A DNA stretch of 40,438 bases, from NCBI GenBank assembly GCA_015493385.1, contig WGDE01000234.1:1-40438 (forward strand), in the 5' to 3' direction. How positions within the stretch are numbered: the stretch's first letter is position 1; each line of letters opens with the position of its first letter. Origin of the DNA: Phycisphaerae bacterium. GTDB lineage: Bacteria > Planctomycetota > Phycisphaerae > Sedimentisphaerales > Sedimentisphaeraceae. Below the pieces are notes generated by a model. The model saw only the letters and a list, made by a program, of their open reading frames with translations, searched no databases and was not told the origin of the DNA. Shown one piece after another: positions 35,263 to 40,438 of the stretch. A program made the position numbers and the translations under genes.

Positions 35263-36051
35263 ATGAAAACTTTATTAGAGCGTTATTGCAAATTGCACCA
35301 ACAGGGCTTTGTGCCAATTTTCGTAAGTGACAACTTCGACGCTGTTCAACTAACAGAGGCCTGCGTTGCTGCAGGTGCGAGTGCAATAGAGATTACTTGC
35401 CGAAGAAAAAATGTTACAGATGAGATTCGGCGAATCCGAAAAGCCTTCCCCGAGATGATAATTATGGTTGGAAGTATTGTTGACGATGGGCCAATGCTAA
35501 ACTTCCTTAAGAGCCGTAGGCCCGATATGCCATCGATAGACGAATTAGCGCAGCTTGATGTTGATGGTTTTGTGAGTATGATGCCACTCTCTGCCAAGAC
35601 AATTAAAAAGTTCTCTAGCAGCCATATAATAGTGCCAGGAGTGGAGACCTTTGCAGATGCCGTTGGGGTAGTAGAGGCAGGCGCTCATTTCGCAAAATTC
35701 TTCAACGCCTCAAATCAAGGTGGCCCTAAGAGAATATCGCTTGCTAGTTGCGCAGCGATGCATGCGCTTGTACCAATCTTCGTTACTGGCGGCGTTACCT
35801 TAGACAAGATAGACCCGTATGTCAGCTCTGGTGCTGTACTGCTTGGGTCTGGGTGGGATGTACTGCTCGGCGATAAATACAAAGCAATCCAACAAAATCC
35901 AGACACCAAAGTTCTAACCGAGGCATTGAAACCATTCTTGACTGAGATGGCAAACTCCAAAGAGAAATATTATTCGCTAGCGAGAGATTTAAAACCTGCC
36001 AAATACATAGAAACGATAAACCACTATCATCCATTCGGAGATAGCTACTAG
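35263..36051 (+). CDS. KDPG/KHG aldolase (Eda)-family protein
   Basis: Contains IEITCRR, VGSIVD, VPGVETFADAVGVVEAGAHFAKFFNAS (candidate Schiff-base Lys in AKFF) and IFVTGGVTLDKI. ATG 35263 is preferred, with GAGG at 35253-56. The 35251 TTG overlaps the previous stop. Confidence 0.65.
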   Translation: MKTLLERYCKLHQQGFVPIFVSDNFDAVQLTEACVAAGASAIEITCRRKNVTDEIRRIRKAFPEMIIMVGSIVDDGPMLNFLKSRRPDMPSIDELAQLDVDGFVSMMPLSAKTIKKFSSSHIIVPGVETFADAVGVVEAGAHFAKFFNASNQGGPKRISLASCAAMHALVPIFVTGGVTLDKIDPYVSSGAVLLGSGWDVLLGDKYKAIQQNPDTKVLTEALKPFLTEMANSKEKYYSLARDLKPAKYIETINHYHPFGDSY

Positions 36052-36347
36052 CACTAAAATCTTAACTGCTTTCTTTACCATGGAGAGCATGAAGGACTTG
36101 AAGGAGTGTGATAGGGTTCACAATGCAGATGGGCATTGAATAACGCTTGAGACTTGGAATACCACACCTTTTTAACTACTTTGACCCTATTAGAGTTAGA
36201 ACTCTAACAGGGCAAGCGCAAGAGGCGCAAACGAAATGGAATTAAAACAACTTGTTTTATTTGTTGATAAAATAAAGCCCAAGCCTTCATCTGCGTTCCT
36301 TGCGCATTTAGCCCTAAAGCAAAAGCAGCTAAGGTTTAACGCAAGTG

Positions 36348-39260
36348 TTAGTTTTCTAGCCAATTACTTGCGATTACTGACAAGTCTGAGATGTCTATAA
36401 TACCGTCGCCGTAGCCGGTTGCTATGTCGTAGTCGCGGGAGTAATTATCCCAGCTGTTAGCTAAGAGTGCCATATCTAATATGTCTACTGCGCAGTCGTC
36501 GTTTAAGTCGCCTGAATATCTGTGGCTAAATTCGTAACATCCCATATCTACTGTGGTAATGCTGTCGCAGTTTCCATCAACGAAGCGGTTGTTGCCATTG
36601 AGATCTGTTGTGGTTGAGGTAGAGACTGCATCGTCTGCGCCGCTGTCTATACATGGTGAACTTGCTTGTAGGTGATAGTCGCCGCTGCTAATGTCGACAA
36701 AATTAGGATTTGCATCGATATTACCGATTCCTCCAGCATAGCCGCCTTGGATGTCGCAGTTGTTAACTTCACTAGAGCCTCCGTTCGAATCTACTATAGC
36801 ATTGGAAGTGTTTGCCCATAAGATGCAGTTGTTAAGCTTGACATGGCAGTTACTATAGTTAAACACTGCACCGTAGTTGGTTGTAGTGTTTGTATTATTG
36901 GCAAGAACACAGTTTGTAAACTCGCCATAACAGTCTTGCATGTTGTGTATAATCGCTGCGTTGGTTGCGGTGTTATCAAAGAAGAGGCAGTTTGTGACTT
37001 TTGGAGAAGCTTTGAAGCATTGTATAGCTGCGCCATCATTGCGAGAGTTGCCTCTAAAGATGCAGCTTTCTAATCTAGGTGAGCATTGAGAAATATTTAC
37101 AGCTCCGCCAGTATTATCGATAAATTTAGAGTCCGTGACGGTTGCGCCGACATTGGAAGAAATCAGAAGGGCTCCACCAATCGTGGCGTTATTAGTTTCA
37201 AAGTGGCAACGAATTACCGTTGGAGTGCCGCCACCTTCGAATTTGACTCCACCGCCCTCACCGTTAGTTGCAGTATTGTTTATGAATAGGCAATCTGCTA
37301 GATAGGTGTCGCAACCAATTGAGTTGAATATTCCGCCTCCACTGCCGTGTGGGGTTGCGTCGTTGTTTGCAGCTATATTATCTGAGAATGTAGAATTGCT
37401 AATACTAGCAGAAGAGTATTTGTAATTATACATCCCCGCTCCAAGAGATGCTTTATTTCCCGTGAAGATGCAGTTTTTAATCGTAGGAGAAGATGTGTAA
37501 TTATACATCCCGCCGCCGTTACTTTGCCCAAATTGTGAGCCATTTGCATTTGCGCCGGTAACCGTAACTCCATCTAGTATTGCCGAATTAGTTAGCGCAG
37601 AAGATACTGGATGATAGAATACATGATAGCAGTTGTCAAAGTCACCTCCTGGGAGACCTATATCTCCTGATAGGATAGTTTCGTTTGCAACAAAGTCGCG
37701 ATCACTCAAATTGAAGGTTGATGGATTTTCCGTTCCTGCAAAGCCACCAAAAATTGGTATGGCGTTTTGGAGTTGAAAAGTTGCAGAACGTGCATCTGAC
37801 GCATCGATTCGTTTGGTAGGTTTGTAAGTTCCCGATGCTACCCAAATCTGATCACCAACCTGCGCAACATCTAACGCCTGTTGCAAGCTAGGGAACGCAC
37901 TCGCCCACGAACTCCCATCAGGGCTAGCTGCGGTAGAGTCATCATCTACAAACAATACATCCCCGCTAAAGGTGAAATTACAGACAACTGTTTTGTCAGA
38001 ATCCATTGTCAGTGTGATAGGGTTAAGAGAGCTATTTACATTCCCACTCCAATTGTCAAATGTATAGCCTGTATTGGAGCTACTTGTAAGTGTTACTGTT
38101 GTCCCGTCTGCATAGAGTTTGTAGTCTGGGCTCAAGGAGACTTCTCCTGCCGGAGTTGGTTCTATGTTTACAGTTAGGGCGTAGCCGTTTACCTCGTCTG
38201 CTCCGATATCTACAGATGAGTTAATTATACGGTTGTCTCCTTCGATATCTCTGCTTAGGGTAGTAGAGCTATTGTTGCCCGCGTCTATACATGGAGAAGA
38301 ATAGCCAAGATGAAAGTCGCCAGCAGCCGCATCGACAAAGAGGGGGTCTGTGTCTAGATTGTTGCCCCCAAAACCACCTTCAACATCACAGTAACTAACC
38401 ATTGATGTTGTTCCTGAGTCATAAATTTGGTCGCCAGAGGTGCTATTTGTATTTGCCCATAGAATGCAATTTGCAATGGTTGCCGCTTCAAGAGCTGAGC
38501 TGCTACCGTCATAAACCCCTCCGCCAGAGCTGTCTGCATTATTGGCATACAATACAGAGTTGGCAATTGTTGGTGAGGCTGTGTAACAGGCGATACCACC
38601 GCCATAATAACTAGAATTATTGAACGATATTATAGAATTTTCTATTCTCGGCTCACAAGCTTCGCAGTATATTGCGCCTCCCATCTGGGCAAAGTTGTCT
38701 CTTAGTTGACAATTGTAAATCCTAATATCACAATTGTTGCAATATATTCCGCCTCCGTAATTGTGTGGGCTACTGCCATCGGCGTATCCTCCGCAGATAA
38801 CAAAGCCATCTAATACGGCATTAGAATTAAGAGCCAAAGAGCTTGGATGATAGAATACGTGGTAGCAGTTGTCGCTGCGGTTGGTGAAATTTTCTCCATC
38901 GTCTTGATTTAAATCACCGCTTGCAATCGTTTCATATATCAAAGGGTTTCTTTCGTCTAAAGAAGCGCCGCCAGTAGGAAAGCCTCCGTATAGAGTTACA
39001 GAATTTTTCAATTGAAAAGTGCGGTATCTATCGCCAGTTCCGCCAATCTCTGTGGTTGGGAGATAGATTCCCTGCGCTACCCAAATTTGATCTGTCTCTG
39101 TTGCACTATCCAGAGCCGTTTGAAGATTGTTAAATGCATTAAGCCAAGAAGAACCATCGTTCGCACCAGAGGCTGATACATCAACGTAAATGACATCAGC
39201 ACTAGAAGAAATACTCAGAGAACAAACCAAGAGAACCAATAGCAATTTATATGTTTTCAT
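36348..39260 (-). CDS. large secreted right-handed beta-helix (PbH1-type) repeat protein with an internal module duplication, an InlB-B-repeat-like domain and a C-terminal dockerin-like domain
   Basis: 970 aa with signal peptide MKTYKLLLVLLVCSLSISSSA. Two homologous modules begin DVIYVDVSASGANDGSSW…DNCYHVFYHP and DVLFVDDDSTAASPDGSSW…DNCYHVFYHP. Many GGGI/GGAI-N-x beta-helix rungs are present. The middle segment is YALTVNIEPTPAGEVSLSP…GYTFDNWSG. The C-terminus is DLNDDCAVDILD…GDGIIDISD (dockerin-type EF-hand pair). Confidence 0.8.
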   Translation of the reverse strand: MKTYKLLLVLLVCSLSISSSADVIYVDVSASGANDGSSWLNAFNNLQTALDSATETDQIWVAQGIYLPTTEIGGTGDRYRTFQLKNSVTLYGGFPTGGASLDERNPLIYETIASGDLNQDDGENFTNRSDNCYHVFYHPSSLALNSNAVLDGFVICGGYADGSSPHNYGGGIYCNNCDIRIYNCQLRDNFAQMGGAIYCEACEPRIENSIISFNNSSYYGGGIACYTASPTIANSVLYANNADSSGGGVYDGSSSALEAATIANCILWANTNSTSGDQIYDSGTTSMVSYCDVEGGFGGNNLDTDPLFVDAAAGDFHLGYSSPCIDAGNNSSTTLSRDIEGDNRIINSSVDIGADEVNGYALTVNIEPTPAGEVSLSPDYKLYADGTTVTLTSSSNTGYTFDNWSGNVNSSLNPITLTMDSDKTVVCNFTFSGDVLFVDDDSTAASPDGSSWASAFPSLQQALDVAQVGDQIWVASGTYKPTKRIDASDARSATFQLQNAIPIFGGFAGTENPSTFNLSDRDFVANETILSGDIGLPGGDFDNCYHVFYHPVSSALTNSAILDGVTVTGANANGSQFGQSNGGGMYNYTSSPTIKNCIFTGNKASLGAGMYNYKYSSASISNSTFSDNIAANNDATPHGSGGGIFNSIGCDTYLADCLFINNTATNGEGGGVKFEGGGTPTVIRCHFETNNATIGGALLISSNVGATVTDSKFIDNTGGAVNISQCSPRLESCIFRGNSRNDGAAIQCFKASPKVTNCLFFDNTATNAAIIHNMQDCYGEFTNCVLANNTNTTTNYGAVFNYSNCHVKLNNCILWANTSNAIVDSNGGSSEVNNCDIQGGYAGGIGNIDANPNFVDISSGDYHLQASSPCIDSGADDAVSTSTTTDLNGNNRFVDGNCDSITTVDMGCYEFSHRYSGDLNDDCAVDILDMALLANSWDNYSRDYDIATGYGDGIIDISDLSVIASNWLEN

Positions 39261-39524
39261 AATTCCACCTCATCATTAAAACCAAAAAAAACAATGTAGA
39301 AATAATCTATGATACCCATAAGTCTCAACGACTATTATCGACAACTAGTACAACCATTGTAAGAGAAAATAGTCTAGAAACAAATGAATTTTGCTATGTA
39401 AGAGTTTAATGGTGGTTTGTTAAGTGGTTTCTACTCTAATACGAGCTTGTCTTGCAAAAATATAAAAGGCTAAAAGATTTTTGGAATGAAGAGTGCGATG
39501 GAGTTGGAAACCGTAGATACGCAT

Positions 39525-39583
39525 CAGTTAGCGCGGTAGTGCAAGCTACCCGACGTAGATTGCAACGGCGATAGCCGTTTCCC
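39525..39583 (+). repeat. REP unit (family R1), dispersed copy D
   Basis: Reads cagttagcgcGGTAGTgcaaGCTACCcgacgtagattgcAACGGCgataGCCGTTtccc. It has the same two-hairpin architecture as copy A, with paired substitutions in both stems. A short inverted fragment (gagttggaaaccg, 39501-39513) lies upstream. Confidence 0.7.
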
Positions 39584-39637
39584 ACATATTTCATCTTTTC
39601 TAAGATGAACGCAAAAGACGCAGACTACGCAAACAAA

Positions 39638-39674
39638 ACGGGCAACCACAAGGGATGCCCCTACTAAAAGATTA
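39638..39674 (+). repeat. short intergenic repeat family R5, copy 2
   Basis: acgggcaaccacaagggatgcccctactaaaagatt matches 109-147. It lies 55 nt right of REP copy D. Confidence 0.5.
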
Positions 39675-39713
39675 AAATCTGATTACCATAAAACAGTAAC
39701 CATCTCTAAAAGT

Positions 39714-40379
39714 TTAGATAGCATGCTGTGTTGCGAAATCCCAGCCATATTCGATTACACCGGCTGCTGAGCCATCAGGGTTGTAATTTGTGTACTTCCA
39801 AGTGATACTTTCAAAATCAAATGCGACCTCTTCTAGATATGAAAAATTGTTATCTCTAACGTGGCAATAGGTTGGCTTTACACTATACACTAAGACGTTT
39901 TGTAGAGTGATTTCATAGTATAGCTTTGGGCCAGTTGTGCCAACTTCGCGGAAGAATTCAAATTTAACATGACCAATATGATCTTGTGTTAATAAAGCTT
40001 TGTAGAGCAGAGGCGTAGCTTTATCTATTTCTTTGACAATGGTTATGCCAGACTTTTCTGGGGTACTAGAAGTTTGAGAGCCTGGGGCAGGGGGAGTGAA
40101 AAATACAGAATTGCTTACCCAATAGACTCCATCAATCCAGTCTTGGTGGAGAGGGTCTTTGCTTTCGCCAGGAATATTATCTATTTGGATATAGACAGAG
40201 CCGCGGGTTTTAGCTGCTGCTAGCGGACCTATCGGCATGCGCATTGATGCGCCAATATTGTAGATTTGGTCAAGAGAGTTCATTGTAGGCCCAGGCGCGG
40301 AAGATGGATTTATATCTCCAGCAAAACTTGAGACTGAGATTAAAGAAATGATCGCCAAGGTTAAAAGAGCTTTTCTCAT
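39714..40379 (-). CDS. Hcp-family (T6SS tube protein fold) homologue with an N-terminal Sec-type signal peptide
   Basis: 221 aa. The core aligns by eye with Hcp1: VYIQIDNIPGESKDPLHQDWIDGVYWVSNSV, ITIVKEIDKATPLLYKALLTQDHIGHVKFEFF, YYEITLQNVLVYSV and EEVAFDFESITWKY…IEYGWDF. The N-terminal ~58-aa extension starts MRKALLTLAIISLISVSSFAGD. Confidence 0.8.
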   Translation of the reverse strand: MRKALLTLAIISLISVSSFAGDINPSSAPGPTMNSLDQIYNIGASMRMPIGPLAAAKTRGSVYIQIDNIPGESKDPLHQDWIDGVYWVSNSVFFTPPAPGSQTSSTPEKSGITIVKEIDKATPLLYKALLTQDHIGHVKFEFFREVGTTGPKLYYEITLQNVLVYSVKPTYCHVRDNNFSYLEEVAFDFESITWKYTNYNPDGSAAGVIEYGWDFATQHAI

Positions 40380-40438
40380 TTGTTTTCCCCTTTATTGTGA
40401 AATTCTAAATATGTGTTTGACTAAAGAGTATTGTAGAC

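Noticed and set aside
36052-36347. Hairpins in the convergent spacer after the aldolase-like gene (e.g. TTAGAGTT/AACTCTAA at ~36193-36211) as terminators
   Set aside because: The stem is A/T-rich with a very short loop and no flanking U/A tract on either side. That is not enough support to call a terminator.
39714-40379. Calling a type VI secretion locus from the Hcp homologue
   Set aside because: No other T6SS core genes are visible, and the protein carries a signal peptide. It is reported as an anomaly rather than as a T6SS.
1-40438. Search by eye for CRISPR arrays, tRNA/rRNA genes, integrases or prophage blocks
   Set aside because: No regularly spaced direct repeats, no tRNA-like T-arm (GGTTCGAATCC-type) in intergenic DNA, no rRNA-like segments, and no integrase, recombinase or phage structural ORFs were recognised. 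A tRNAscan, Infernal and CRISPR-finder run would be needed to be definitive.

Overview
This is a 40.4-kb AT-rich window from a flagellated diderm bacterium. The secreted beta-helix/dockerin protein, the signal-peptide Hcp homologue and the repeat-rich intergenic DNA suggest a PVC/Planctomycetota-like lineage, but that guess is inference only.

Content in order:
(i) 228-2278: a self-contained two-gene ABC-ATPase + RloB/Toprim cassette at the contig edge. It is an AbiL/OLD/PARIS-class candidate anti-phage module.
(ii) An OsmC-like gene.
(iii) 3119-19822: a sigma54 enhancer-binding regulator divergent from a ~15-kb flagellar rod/ring/hook/junction/cap cluster. Gene order is flgD-flgE-PilZ-flgF-flgG-flgA-flgH-flgI-flgJ(rod-binding only)-flgN-like-flgK-flgL-TPR-small ORF-fliD. 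A near-consensus -24/-12 promoter sits in front of flgD.
(iv) Two tandem formate/nitrite-transporter paralogues.
(v) Housekeeping typA (-) and rpsD (+).
(vi) An accessory stretch: a secreted hypothetical protein, a membrane-anchored GspE/PilB-type ATPase with a CvpA-like membrane protein, a phosphotriesterase-family hydrolase and an AGE-family epimerase.
(vii) A RAYT-type HUH/Y1 transposase flanked by inverted double-hairpin REP units.
(viii) A GntR/LacI-hybrid regulator with a 2-hydroxyacid dehydrogenase and a KDPG-aldolase-like gene.
(ix) A 970-aa internally duplicated beta-helix/dockerin protein and a signal-peptide-bearing Hcp homologue.

At least five short repeat families populate the intergenic DNA. 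No rRNA, tRNA or CRISPR array was recognised. All homology statements come from reading motifs by eye, not from database searches.
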